Assembly (NCBI GenBank): GCA_040954595.2
Contig: JBECUI020000031.1
Span: forward strand, 124,001 to 188,000
DNA: 64,000 nucleotides
Direction of reading: 5' to 3'
Origin: Balanoglossus misakiensis
Lineage: Eukaryota; Animalia; Hemichordata
Below are positions 29,686-39,881 of the stretch, piece after piece. Positions within the stretch are counted from its first letter, which is position 1. Each line of letters opens with the position of its first letter. Made by a program: the position numbers and the translations under genes. The notes under the pieces are model-generated. The model saw only the letters and a program-made list of their open reading frames with translations. It was not told where the DNA came from and searched no databases.

Positions 29686-29773
29686 CTTATCTCCTTTCTT
29701 GTTTTATTTAAAAGCTTAAATGAAACAAGCTAACTCGACAACTAGAAGATAAACACGTTATAATGGCTAAAAA

Positions 29774-31015
29774 GTGGAGAAAGTGATGACTCAAAGTAGG
29801 TTTTTGTTATTACTCTATATGATATGGTTATATTTTTTGCATTACTTATGCAAAGTTCCTCTATACATAGTTTTACGATTGCGATTAAGGGTCAAATACA
29901 GGAATCTGAAAAACTTCTATAAACTCAAACCACCTTACCTCTTACTTTCAAATCACGTAAACCAATGGGACCCTCTCGTCCTTTCTTGTGCAGCACCCCA
30001 TCCCATCCGATGGGTAGCAGCGGATGCTACCTTCCGCGGCTTGTCCAGGTTTGGCATGAGGCTACTGGGAACCATTCCAAAATCCAAAGAAAAGTCGGAT
30101 TTGGAAACAGTTCAGGAACTTCGGATAGTAAACGCCACCAAGGGGATAGCAGGAATCTTTCCTGAAGGCGGCCAGAACTGGGATGGGCTTACAGGGGAGT
30201 TTATTCCAGCAACAGCCAAGTTGGTGCGGTTACTAAAAGTCCCCGTGCTGACCTCAAGGGTTCAAGGGGGCTATCTTTCCAAGCCTCGATGGTCCTGGAC
30301 TATCAATCGCTGTAGGGTAGAAGTGGACTTTCAGATAGCCTTGGAAGCAAAAGAAGTAAAAACTCTTAAGCTCAGTGAAATTGAACAACGCCTGAAAAGT
30401 CATCTGGGACACGATGAGTACAGCTGGCAGAGGAAAGTACTTCAACCCCTTAGGGGGGAGGATAGAGCGGAGCATCTGGAGCTGGCCATCTGGTGCTGTC
30501 CATCCTGCCTGGACCTAGGAAGCTTCCATTCCGTAGGGAACTCCATGGCCTGTCGAGAATGCGGCTATCAGGTAAACATCGATAGGTATGGATTTTTTAT
30601 CTATCCTAAACAAGGACCCAGTTTTGCTTCTCCCCGGGACTGGGATCATTGGCAACGGCGGCGAATGATGGATATGTTTAGAAAAAACCTAGCTCTGGAT
30701 CGCGGTTCTCTGCTCCTTAAAGATGCTAACATCACTCTTATGCAAGCAAGTAAACGCAGTTCTTTCCGTCCTATACTCATCGGTGAGGCCCAGCTCTATG
30801 GCGACCGGCTTGATTTTTCTTCTCCTCCCTCTCCTACCCTTAGCTTTCCCCTTTCACAGATGTCTGGAATCACGGTGTTTAAACAGCATAAGCTTGAACT
30901 TCACTTTCAGAAATCTTCCTACAGATTTCACATGCCCACCAACTCACTGTCGGCCTACAAGTGGTATGTGGCTCTCAAGATTCTCAAGAACTTATCCGTA
31001 GCTGAAAATGTTTAG
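29774..31015 (+). CDS. Lysophospholipid acyltransferase (PlsC family) with C-terminal Cys-rich extension
   Basis: NHVNQWD and IFPEG motifs; CPSC...CREC. Confidence 0.85.
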   Translation: MEKVMTQSRFLLLLYMIWLYFLHYLCKVPLYIVLRLRLRVKYRNLKNFYKLKPPYLLLSNHVNQWDPLVLSCAAPHPIRWVAADATFRGLSRFGMRLLGTIPKSKEKSDLETVQELRIVNATKGIAGIFPEGGQNWDGLTGEFIPATAKLVRLLKVPVLTSRVQGGYLSKPRWSWTINRCRVEVDFQIALEAKEVKTLKLSEIEQRLKSHLGHDEYSWQRKVLQPLRGEDRAEHLELAIWCCPSCLDLGSFHSVGNSMACRECGYQVNIDRYGFFIYPKQGPSFASPRDWDHWQRRRMMDMFRKNLALDRGSLLLKDANITLMQASKRSSFRPILIGEAQLYGDRLDFSSPPSPTLSFPLSQMSGITVFKQHKLELHFQKSSYRFHMPTNSLSAYKWYVALKILKNLSVAENV

Positions 31016-31118
31016 CCAGAGTGCCGCTTTATACGAAAAACAGTTTTTTATGTTTTTTTTATGTTAAGGAAGCACTCTATATTGAATAAAGGCCTGTTAG
31101 GGTGTATGTTTTTATATA

Positions 31119-31493
31119 ATGATTCGATTTCGTATTCTTGATGTCGTTATTTTCCTCTTTGCTCTAGGAACCATTGCAGGAGCTGTGGCCTGGACCACAG
31201 GCAAGAGCGATGGGAACCCTCTGGTAGAAATTGAAACCTCCAAAGAAGTGTTACTGTATCCCTTAAATGTAGATAGAGTAATAGAACTGGAAGGTCCTAT
31301 TGGTATGACTACGGTCGTCATTGAGAATCAAAAGGCCAGGGTGACTGAATCGGATTGTAAAGAGAAGATTGCCATAGCCATGGGAGAAATTTACTCTCCG
31401 GACAGCTGGGTGGCCTGCCTCCCCAATCGGGTTTTTGTTAGGATAACCACAGAGAGTGGAAATTCTGGAACCACGGATGCCGGAGCTTTTTGA
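31119..31493 (+). CDS. NusG domain II-containing protein
   Basis: N-terminal TM; GP.G...V.IE...RV.ESDC..KI, ACLPNRV. Confidence 0.85.
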   Translation: MIRFRILDVVIFLFALGTIAGAVAWTTGKSDGNPLVEIETSKEVLLYPLNVDRVIELEGPIGMTTVVIENQKARVTESDCKEKIAIAMGEIYSPDSWVACLPNRVFVRITTESGNSGTTDAGAF

Positions 31494-32064
31494 ATCTTCC
31501 CGTTTTCAACGACGAGAAATCGTTGCTTTTTTTGGAGCCCTTTGTCTATTCCTGGCGGCGGTTGAATACCTTTTCCCAAAACCAGTTCCTTTTTTCCGGT
31601 GGGGATTGGCCAATCTTCCCCTATTGATCGGTTTGACATTTCTTTCCTTTCAAGATTTGTTACTGGTGCTGATTTTGAAGGTCATTGGACAGGGGCTGAT
31701 ACACGGCAGTTTAGCCTCTTACGTTATATTGCTCTCCTTGGCGGGCTCCACTTCCAGCGTTCTTGTTATGGTTGTAGTTCACCGTCTGGGACAAAAATAC
31801 GTCAGTCTTGTGGGTGTCTCCCTGGCGGGGGCACTAACGAGTTCCTTAATCCAAATAGTTTTTTCTGTGCTTTTCATCTTTGGCTCCTCAGCACGTCTGA
31901 TAGCACCCCTTTTTTTGACTTTGGGAAGTATCACAGGGCTGGTCATAGGAATTTCAGGTCAGATTTTTACCCAGAAATCTCTGTGGCTTGCCGCTTTAAA
32001 ACAACGATATACAGCAGTAACAGCAGTAGGGCAAGATATCGATGCGCCGTCCTCGTCGTCCTGA
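31477..32064 (+). CDS. Gx transporter family / heptaprenyl diphosphate synthase component I-like membrane protein
   Basis: E..FPKP.PFFR.GLAN, SLAG, SLVGVS..GA motifs; canonical neighbour of NusG-II genes. Confidence 0.8.
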   Translation: MPELFESSRFQRREIVAFFGALCLFLAAVEYLFPKPVPFFRWGLANLPLLIGLTFLSFQDLLLVLILKVIGQGLIHGSLASYVILLSLAGSTSSVLVMVVVHRLGQKYVSLVGVSLAGALTSSLIQIVFSVLFIFGSSARLIAPLFLTLGSITGLVIGISGQIFTQKSLWLAALKQRYTAVTAVGQDIDAPSSSS

Positions 32065-32680
32065 CCGATTAGCCCCAATAATGGCTTCTCTTCCCCGTTT
32101 TATGGCGGGTCTGTTGTCCATGCCAGCTTTCCTTCTTGTGGATACACTTCTTTTAAAAGGATTAATGGTGGCCTTCTATGCTTCTTTGGCCGTTTTGGCC
32201 GGAAAGAGGCTGCAGTGGGGTTATTTCATGCTTACTATCGTTACCATTGTCCTTTTTCAGCTTTTTATTCCCTGGGGGCGGGTTCTTTGGGAACTAGGCC
32301 CTTTACGGATCAGCACGGGAGCTCTTGAAAAGGGATTTCTAAGGGGCTTAACCTTGGTGGGAATGGTTTTTCTTTCTTTGGCTTCGGTAAAGCCAGACCT
32401 ACAGCTCCCGGGAAAGTTTGGGGGACTTTTTGGAAGAACTTTTTGGCATTTCGATAGGATTATCGAAGGGAAGAAAAAACTTACCCGTCGGGGGTTTTTG
32501 GAAAGCCTGGATAAGTACCTTATGGAAAGCTTCAATCCGGCACTGGTCGATTTTGGTTACGGCAGCAAAACCTTAAACAAAGAGAAAGACGCACATCCAT
32601 GGAGGGGAACAGGCTGGGCCATTCTTCTGCCTTTTGTTTCCTGGGGAGGATGGATAGTATCTCTTCTTCTGAAACGCTAG
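32042..32680 (+). CDS. Membrane protein, ECF transporter T-component-like
   Basis: Hydrophobic; P.GRVL...G.L.I..GAL..G motif; overlaps the previous gene. Confidence 0.5.
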   Translation: MRRPRRPDRLAPIMASLPRFMAGLLSMPAFLLVDTLLLKGLMVAFYASLAVLAGKRLQWGYFMLTIVTIVLFQLFIPWGRVLWELGPLRISTGALEKGFLRGLTLVGMVFLSLASVKPDLQLPGKFGGLFGRTFWHFDRIIEGKKKLTRRGFLESLDKYLMESFNPALVDFGYGSKTLNKEKDAHPWRGTGWAILLPFVSWGGWIVSLLLKR

Positions 32681-33318
32681 TCCAGGAAACCTTCTTCCCT
32701 GACATACCGTTCAGCAACGGCTATGTCGGCAGGGTCAATACGGTCAGAGTAGATATTTAAAAAATCACGCTCGTACTTGGTTGCACACCATAGGAGGGTC
32801 CAGGCAGAACCGTTTTTTTCGGGTCCCAGGTTCTTATAGATGTCGTAAACCTGAATATAGGCGTCAAGTATGACCTTTTTTTCCACGGAAGTGAAATAAT
32901 CCTCTGAGCCCAGACGGTTATAAATATCTACAACTTCCATAGGGAAGATCAGATCAGGATCGGAAGAAATCATGTTATTGCGCACATAAAGGTCTGGCCA
33001 AAGGAAAATATCAGTCCAATACTTTCCGGTAATCAAAGAAAAAGATTCCCCATCCACAACAATGTGCTGAGTAATAATATGCCTTTCAGGGGGTAGATCT
33101 ACGGGGACGGTTCCCATGCCGACAGGGTCTGTGCTTTCCTCAGGCAGAGTCTCTTCTACAAGAGGAATTTCCGACATAATGTCAGGTTTTTGAGAACGTA
33201 CACGGAGCCAAAGAAAGACTCCCCCAATAACTATTGCCAGTACTCCTAAAATGATTGCCAGAGTACGAAAAACATTCGGTGAACTTTCCACAGTTTTATC
33301 TATCGACCCCTTGAACAA
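32677..33318 (-). CDS. Membrane-anchored LysM-like domain protein
   Basis: N-terminal TM; HIVVDGESFSLIT..YW....LWP.LY..N....DPDLIFP. Confidence 0.7.
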   Translation of the reverse strand: MFKGSIDKTVESSPNVFRTLAIILGVLAIVIGGVFLWLRVRSQKPDIMSEIPLVEETLPEESTDPVGMGTVPVDLPPERHIITQHIVVDGESFSLITGKYWTDIFLWPDLYVRNNMISSDPDLIFPMEVVDIYNRLGSEDYFTSVEKKVILDAYIQVYDIYKNLGPEKNGSAWTLLWCATKYERDFLNIYSDRIDPADIAVAERYVREEGFLD

Positions 33319-33324
33319 GAAACA

Positions 33325-34110
33325 TTAGTGCTTTTGACGAATCCATGCCAAGATTTCTTCAATTACTTCTTCGCATTTGTCTCCCCGGATCAGATTATGC
33401 TCACTGTCTTCCACTATGTGGGCCCGGGATCCCTCTATGGGGAGTCGTTCCTTAAGCCATTCCCCCACTCCAGGACTAATCAGTCTATCGTTTCCCGCCT
33501 CCAGAATCAGGGCTGGTATGGAAACACGCTTGAGCTTCCGGCGAGTTTCTCTAATCAGAAACCACAAATGGGCAAGTTGCCTGTAATCGGCATAGGTCCA
33601 GTATTCCTGAGTAATAGAAGATACATCATCGTCATGAACAATATGACGCTGATAGTTGTGCCGAATTTTCGGCACAACAGGGGCAAATGGAGCCAAAATA
33701 GGAGAGAGGGCAAGAAAGCGATTACGAATGCGTATACCTGGAGCCAAAAGTGAGAGAGAAGCAGGAGTAAATTTGCTGGCCAGCTCCAAGGCCAGGAGAG
33801 CCCCCATGGACTGCCCCACTAGGTGGATCGTTTCATGGCCAGCCTTTATATCCAGCCAGGTATCTTTGATTTTTCGCTTCCAGGCATGACGTCCAGAAGT
33901 AGTAAAATCGGTAGCGCAGGTTCCATGACCTGGAAGCCTGGGCACGCACACAGTATAGCCTTCAGCGTTCAGTCCGTAGGCCAAAGGCATCATGGTCCCC
34001 GGATAATCGGTGTAGCCATGAATTATCATCACGGCTTCTTCTCCTCCAGACAACTGATAAGGCAGCGCAGAGGAAAATGTCTTTTCTTCCTTAACGTCCA
34101 CTCTAAACAT
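33325..34110 (-). CDS. Alpha/beta hydrolase (carboxylesterase-like)
   Basis: HGY, LPGHG, GQSMG nucleophile elbow, then Asp and His. Confidence 0.9.
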   Translation of the reverse strand: MFRVDVKEEKTFSSALPYQLSGGEEAVMIIHGYTDYPGTMMPLAYGLNAEGYTVCVPRLPGHGTCATDFTTSGRHAWKRKIKDTWLDIKAGHETIHLVGQSMGALLALELASKFTPASLSLLAPGIRIRNRFLALSPILAPFAPVVPKIRHNYQRHIVHDDDVSSITQEYWTYADYRQLAHLWFLIRETRRKLKRVSIPALILEAGNDRLISPGVGEWLKERLPIEGSRAHIVEDSEHNLIRGDKCEEVIEEILAWIRQKH

Positions 34111-34162
34111 GAACCTTCTCCTTAAGCCCGGATTGTAATATAAACCTGCTCATTGAACTACA

Positions 34163-35200
34163 TTAATGAGCAGGTTTCCGTACAGGAAGGAACTGACCCT
34201 TCGTGGATAAAAGGCCGCAAGCAGCACCAATGTCTAATCCTCGACTTCTTCGAATTGTAGCAATTAATCCACGACGATTCAAAAGGTCCTGGAAAGCGGT
34301 CAAACGCGAAGCGGAACTGGGCTTCCCTGGAAATTCCGGTATGGGATGGTAGGGAATCAGATTGACCCGGATTTTGGAACCTTCCAAAAGCTCAGAAAGT
34401 TTTTTAGCATGGGCAATGCTATCGTTAACTTCATGAATCATCAAATACTCTACAGTAAAACGACGGCGGCGATCCCAGGGATAGGACATAAGAAAAGAAA
34501 GGACTTGGTTTAAGGGATAGCGTCTTTCGTAGGGGATCAGATGGGCTCTTTCTTCTGGAAACGGAGTATGAACACTCAAGGCCAGCGAGCATTCGGATTC
34601 CCTTAGTAGTTGTGGAAGCTTGTCTAAAATACCTATGGTAGAAACCGTTATCTTCCGGGGACTGAGGCCCAGGCCCCAGGGAGCGGTAAAAATTTTCAAG
34701 GCATTGAGAAGGGCATCCAAATTATCCAAAGGCTCCCCCATACCCATAAAAACCACATGGGTAACACTACGACTTTCAGGAATAGAGAGGTATTGATTCA
34801 AGATCTCCCCAGCACTGAGATTCCCCTGAAATCCCTGCCTGGCAGTCATGCAGAACGTGCAGCCCCTTCGACAACCCATCTGAGTCGAAAGGCAGAGGGT
34901 AGCTCGGGTTTCTTCGGGAATCCAGACGGTTTCCACATAGTGACTCTCGGTCCCAAAAAGGTACTTTTTTGTCCCGTCGACAGACTGAGCCACAGAAAGA
35001 GGAGGGAATAAGCCCAGGTTGAACTTCTGCGCTAATGCTGCCCGAGCCGCTTTGGACACATCCGTCATCTCTGTAAAGCAGGAGGCCCTTTTCTTGTAGA
35101 TCCAGGTAGCTATTTGCTTGGAGGCATAATCAGGAAGGTCCAGCTTCCGGGTCAAAGGGAGCAATTCGTTAAACGTTTTCCCCAAAAGGAAAGTTTTCAT
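34163..35200 (-). CDS. rlmN: 23S rRNA m2A2503 methyltransferase (radical SAM)
   Basis: DGTKKYL, CRRGCTFC, FMGMGEPLDN, VNLIP, G.DI.AACG.L. Confidence 0.93.
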   Translation of the reverse strand: MKTFLLGKTFNELLPLTRKLDLPDYASKQIATWIYKKRASCFTEMTDVSKAARAALAQKFNLGLFPPLSVAQSVDGTKKYLFGTESHYVETVWIPEETRATLCLSTQMGCRRGCTFCMTARQGFQGNLSAGEILNQYLSIPESRSVTHVVFMGMGEPLDNLDALLNALKIFTAPWGLGLSPRKITVSTIGILDKLPQLLRESECSLALSVHTPFPEERAHLIPYERRYPLNQVLSFLMSYPWDRRRRFTVEYLMIHEVNDSIAHAKKLSELLEGSKIRVNLIPYHPIPEFPGKPSSASRLTAFQDLLNRRGLIATIRRSRGLDIGAACGLLSTKGQFLPVRKPAH

Positions 35201-35214
35201 CTTAGAAATGTAAT

Positions 35215-36150
35215 TTATACATTTCTAACGAGAATGTCAAGATTCTCCGGTAGTATATCGGCTTCTTCGAGGGCTTTGAGAAAGCGATGGGCATCTCTGG
35301 GATAACCTGCCGTAGGAGACAGAGTGGGGGCGCGTTGGGTCCAGTAAATGTTAAAGAGTTTCATGGCCGATTCCCGGATATATTTAGCCATTATCGAGGC
35401 CAGAGCTGTTTCCATTCTAAGAGAATCCGCCTTTACCAGAAACTCAATACCTAGCTCCCCAGCCTGATAGATGGATTGTGTTTTATCTTCTTTCAGAGTA
35501 ATAAGAGGGACTCCAGGCAAAGCTTCGGCAAGAAGCTCCCTATAATATTGCCGCCCTCCCTGGCGATCTACCGTTAGCTGCCCGGCTCTTCCGAGGTTAG
35601 TCCTGATAAGCGAAGCAATAATTCCCCAGGTTGTCACAGCCTTATTGCCTGTCTCAGCCAAGGAATTGTTAAAGCTCAGGGCCGAAAGTATTCTCAGCGA
35701 GCAATCCTCAGGGCTTATGCCTGCGGATTCCAATATGCGTTCCCAACGTTCAGCAGTTTTTTCTACATCTCGAAGCCTGGCAGCCCAGGGAAGGGGCAGA
35801 GGACCGGTCTGGGTGAACCAAGGTACTTTCTTCAGGGCTTCTCGATCTTCTCCCAGACCCCAACGCTCAAGAAGAGAAAAAAACTCCAAAGGGACTTCTC
35901 TGGACAGTAGGGTCAGAAAGGCCAGCGCCATAGTCTCCAGCAGGACAGGGCCCCGTGAAGGGGAATAGAGAACCTTGCTATCGGCTACGACAAGTCGGCC
36001 AGAAGAATCAGAGTGGTTTGTTATGCCGGCAGAAAGGATGCTGTAGAGTTCCCCTGGATCCGGGTGCGAAGAAGAAAACCGAACCGAAGCCGCCACAAAG
36101 GGACCCAGGCGAGGTCCCAATGCAGCTTCATCCAGACCCGCATAGATCAT
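35215..36150 (-). CDS. Ribonuclease HII-like protein (long variant)
   Basis: AGLDEA..GP.LGP, DSK, VDRQGGR, KAD, ALASIMAK..RE, GYP.D. Confidence 0.75.
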   Translation of the reverse strand: MIYAGLDEAALGPRLGPFVAASVRFSSSHPDPGELYSILSAGITNHSDSSGRLVVADSKVLYSPSRGPVLLETMALAFLTLLSREVPLEFFSLLERWGLGEDREALKKVPWFTQTGPLPLPWAARLRDVEKTAERWERILESAGISPEDCSLRILSALSFNNSLAETGNKAVTTWGIIASLIRTNLGRAGQLTVDRQGGRQYYRELLAEALPGVPLITLKEDKTQSIYQAGELGIEFLVKADSLRMETALASIMAKYIRESAMKLFNIYWTQRAPTLSPTAGYPRDAHRFLKALEEADILPENLDILVRNV

Positions 36151-37973
36151 TCCTGAAAAAGTTTGCTCCCCCGAGAAGGAAGGCTAACAAGAATCTCCGG
36201 ACTGTTGAGTATCATTTCTTCCCTTACCTTCAAGGGGCCAAGGGAACCCAGACGATCACGAAGTGCTTCTCGGTTAAGTTGTATGGTCCGACGACGGGAC
36301 GAGGTATTAAAAAGTCCAATGAAGCCCTGCTTATTGTGGGTAAGTACCAAAGGCTCTCGAGGCCGGGGAAAAAAGACCCGCATGTCTTGGTTTTGATATT
36401 CCTTGAAACGACGGCATAAATCGGCACAGGTATTCCAGAACTTCTCATCCCATGATTGGGGATTGCCTCCAAGGACCAGATCTCCCCCTGTTATGGCGAT
36501 GGCTTCACGAACGGTCTGCCAACCTTCACGATAACGCCCTTGGAAATGGCGGCCAATATCCAGAGGATCGGAGAAATTATGCCAATACAGACCCTGCCAA
36601 GGACAACGGGTCAGGTTTTGTAAGATGTAAAGTCCCCAACCCTTCTTGCCGGACCAACGGCTCTGATTCCTGGCTCCTGGGCCACGTGCCATTCTTTGCG
36701 CATCCCAAATCCCAGGAGCAGAAAGAAGCGGTACCCCAGAAGCGGCAAGCCATACCCTGTTGCCAGCGGCTTGACGGATAATCTTTGCAGCAAAGTTAGC
36801 TAATTCCCCAGGACTGAGACTGTCGTTCAGGCGTTTCCCTGGTAGAGCTGCATCCCCAATTCTATCCAAGCAAAAAAAACGGAAACCCCAATGGTCCCGA
36901 ACAACAGAAATATTCATCCTAAGATAATCACCTACCTGAGGATGGGTAATGTCCAGAACATATCCCCCTTCCCTGCCGGAGGGGTACTCCGGTAGGGTCA
37001 AGAGTCCTCCCCTGGGGCTGCGGACCAGCCAGTCTCTGTTTTCTTTGACAAGCTGCGACCGGCGGGAAACACTAAATGGAGCCCATTGCAGGCCAGGAAT
37101 CATTTTGGCCCCTTCAATCTCACGGGATAAAGACCACATTCGGTCCCGAAATGCGTCCCCTGGAACATGCCAGTCCCCTGATTTTGACACATAAGAAGGC
37201 CCTATAACGAACCAGTCCACCCCGATGTGTTTTTCTTTGAGAAGAGAAATCAGCGAAGAGATGGCCTTAGGGCTAGTGTTTTCCCTTCCAGCCATCCAGC
37301 CCACCCGATGACTTTTGGGTAAAGAAAAGGTTTCTCCGGAATTCCAGGATTGTCGCCATAAGGTGATGGAAGCTTCTCGTTCTCCCCGGTTTAGTTTAAG
37401 GGGGGCTAGTTCCAGAACCTCCTCCGCCTTGACCGTGCGGGCAAGGTTCCAAGTTATGCGAAGCTCAGATCTATAAGGGAACATACAAAAATGCACTATC
37501 TCCCGCAAGGGTGGTGCCTGACTGAGTAAAATTCCTTCGGCGTCCTGAGTTTCGGCAACCCAGAGGGCCCAGGCCCCCCGGCGAGAACTGCCATAGCTGA
37601 GTTCTCCGGCGGCCCTACTTGCTCTTAAGCCGGAAAAACCAAGTCCCACTTCATCATCCAAGCCCTCAGTCCAAACTTCCATATTCCGGCTGGAAGAAGA
37701 ACTGCGGACCCGAAAGGTTAAAGAAAGGGTTCGAATATAAAGATCTTTTTTAAAAGCTACCCTGCCTCCCAGCCCATCTCCTAACCAGTGAGCCTCCAGA
37801 GAGCCTGGGGGAAAGTCAAAAGGCTGTTTTTTGTTCCCCGAACCCAGCCGTCCCTGGGCAGTCCAACGCCGTATTCGAGTTCTACCGGTCACAATAACAG
37901 CCTTGACGGGGGTTTGGAACTTAATCATCCAACGCTCCTCAGAATTTCCTGCCAGCATACACCGCTCAACCAT
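36147..37973 (-). CDS. Divergent GH36 alpha-galactosidase-like protein
   Basis: GDW, PGLQWAPF, LDITHP.V..YL, WGF.FF.LD resemble the GH36 barrel; the DDGW motif is absent. Confidence 0.6.
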   Translation of the reverse strand: MVERCMLAGNSEERWMIKFQTPVKAVIVTGRTRIRRWTAQGRLGSGNKKQPFDFPPGSLEAHWLGDGLGGRVAFKKDLYIRTLSLTFRVRSSSSSRNMEVWTEGLDDEVGLGFSGLRASRAAGELSYGSSRRGAWALWVAETQDAEGILLSQAPPLREIVHFCMFPYRSELRITWNLARTVKAEEVLELAPLKLNRGEREASITLWRQSWNSGETFSLPKSHRVGWMAGRENTSPKAISSLISLLKEKHIGVDWFVIGPSYVSKSGDWHVPGDAFRDRMWSLSREIEGAKMIPGLQWAPFSVSRRSQLVKENRDWLVRSPRGGLLTLPEYPSGREGGYVLDITHPQVGDYLRMNISVVRDHWGFRFFCLDRIGDAALPGKRLNDSLSPGELANFAAKIIRQAAGNRVWLAASGVPLLSAPGIWDAQRMARGPGARNQSRWSGKKGWGLYILQNLTRCPWQGLYWHNFSDPLDIGRHFQGRYREGWQTVREAIAITGGDLVLGGNPQSWDEKFWNTCADLCRRFKEYQNQDMRVFFPRPREPLVLTHNKQGFIGLFNTSSRRRTIQLNREALRDRLGSLGPLKVREEMILNSPEILVSLPSRGSKLFQE

Positions 37974-38070
37974 CGACGGGAAGTAGAAATAAATCGTATC
38001 TTTTTCAAAACCTTTTCCCCCTCTGGTTTTGAGACTTTTTTTGTTGCTGGTTTTGTACTATTATAATTCT

Positions 38071-39021
38071 ATGATGAAACGTTTAATCACGACGATTCTT
38101 GTCCTTACGGTTTTCCTGAGTCTCCTGTCTGCTCAAGAAATCGGAGCCGATGATGCACGAAGGGGAAAATACTACTACGACCAGGAAGAATTTGACGCTG
38201 CTTGGCTTTTCTATTCCCGGTCTCTCTCTGCCGGCAATACCGACGGTATAGACTGGTACCGTGCCGCCAGAAGTTTCAAGTATCAGACGCTTATCACCAA
38301 CGAGGAACTCAAAACAACTCTGTATACGGTGGCCCGCTACTACTTACTGCAACAATATCCGGACCACCGATATGTGGGATATACCGAAAGTGCCGCCGAT
38401 CTGAATATTCAGGTAAACCGATGGTATCTGCTGCAAGCTCATAAAATTTTTGGAGTCCTGCCTTCCTTTGGAAGATTTGGCTTTGTGGGTATTCTCGAAT
38501 CAACCTTACTTTTTTTAGGTAGGCAGGTGAAGGTTTTAAGAAATTGGCTACAGGTTATCAAAGAAGAGGGGGTCCAGAATAGCCTACTGTGGGGCTGGAA
38601 AAATATTATCTCCTTAATCTTTGCCTGGACCACTTTATCCTTGCTCACCGGCATCCTGCTGCCCTTGGTCATGGGCTTAGCTGCAGCCAAAGAAGGACGG
38701 AAAAGCTATATAAGTGCTTACACTCTCTGGTTTCATTGGGGATTTTTGGGCATACACAGGTTCTACTTGGGCCGTTTTGTTACTGGAATCCTATGGTTAC
38801 TTAGCGGCGGATTGCTGGGGATTGGGCTTTTTCTGGACTTCTTTCTCCTGGGATCCTACATACAGCGGTGGAACCGAGAATCTTCCTTCGGCGAATCCCA
38901 GCGAAGACCCCCAAAAACCACAAGACCATCAAAGTCACAGCAGAGAAAGAGCAAAAAAACCATCTCTCCGCAAATGGTCATGGACAACGACTTTGACCTG
39001 GAAGATCTGGTCCAGCACTAG
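38071..39021 (+). CDS. Exported-domain membrane protein with TM2 domain
   Basis: Signal peptide, TPR-like helices, KS...AY.LW...GFLG.HRFYLG...TG.LWL..GG..GIG...D. Confidence 0.8.
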   Translation: MMKRLITTILVLTVFLSLLSAQEIGADDARRGKYYYDQEEFDAAWLFYSRSLSAGNTDGIDWYRAARSFKYQTLITNEELKTTLYTVARYYLLQQYPDHRYVGYTESAADLNIQVNRWYLLQAHKIFGVLPSFGRFGFVGILESTLLFLGRQVKVLRNWLQVIKEEGVQNSLLWGWKNIISLIFAWTTLSLLTGILLPLVMGLAAAKEGRKSYISAYTLWFHWGFLGIHRFYLGRFVTGILWLLSGGLLGIGLFLDFFLLGSYIQRWNRESSFGESQRRPPKTTRPSKSQQRKSKKTISPQMVMDNDFDLEDLVQH

Positions 39022-39053
39022 CTTGAGGTTCCTTGGCTTCGGGAATGCTTGAA

Positions 39054-39881
39054 TTACATCATTTTCATGCTTCCCTTCCAGTACCCGATATCCAGGGTAA
39101 AAAGCATAGCACCCTGTTTCTTTTCCAAATCTCCGGTAATTTTTTCTATTCCCTGAATGATCTCTGCCTCCTGGTCAACGGGGATGGTGGCCAGAATAGT
39201 ACAGCTGCGATTTTTCTTTTCATTCATAAAACCAATAAAGGTGGCAAAGAGTGGTATGGATGAAATATACTGCCCCATCCCCGAAGATTCCAGAATGGTG
39301 GCTCCTTCAATACCTTCCTGCAGAAAAAACTCCAGAACATGGTAGAGCATTTCTTCCATATAGAGAATCAAAACAAGGAGTTTCATCTTTCCTTGAGACG
39401 GTGGTGGAACATCATGTCCCTCCGCCACATGCCGAAGAAAACTTTCCTGGAGAACTTCCAAACTACCAGCAGCTAGAAGCTCCTTTTTGAGACTGGAGCC
39501 GCTAAGGGCCCGGGAAAGGGCCGCCAGGATCTGCACATGTTCGTTGGCCTGTTTCTCTGGTCCCAAAATAACAAAAAAGAGCTTTACCTTTTTTTTATCC
39601 AGGGCATCAAACTCATGGCCCTTCTTGTCTACAGCAATAAAAAGAACAAATTCTTCTAAACCCTTTATACGGGCATGGGGAATGGCAATTTCGTTCCCAA
39701 AACCAGTTGAGCCCTGACTTTCCCTCTCAGAGAGAGCTGTGTAAAGAGAAAAATCGTCCATTCTTGGTGTTTTTTCACTTTTGGCTGCCAGGATTCCCAG
39801 AAAGCGAAGAACCTCATCTTTGTTTTTCCCTTTGACTTCAAGGGAACAACTTCTTATTTCGAGAATTTTAGAAAGTTCCAT
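39054..39881 (-). CDS. PTS EIIA (Ntr/fructose-type) domain fused to a PII-like C-terminal domain
   Basis: ERE..GSTG.G..IAIPHAR, FDALD; C-terminal KLLVLIL...GIEGATILES.GMG...G.L....G.LFTL. Confidence 0.8.
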   Translation of the reverse strand: MELSKILEIRSCSLEVKGKNKDEVLRFLGILAAKSEKTPRMDDFSLYTALSERESQGSTGFGNEIAIPHARIKGLEEFVLFIAVDKKGHEFDALDKKKVKLFFVILGPEKQANEHVQILAALSRALSGSSLKKELLAAGSLEVLQESFLRHVAEGHDVPPPSQGKMKLLVLILYMEEMLYHVLEFFLQEGIEGATILESSGMGQYISSIPLFATFIGFMNEKKNRSCTILATIPVDQEAEIIQGIEKITGDLEKKQGAMLFTLDIGYWKGSMKMM

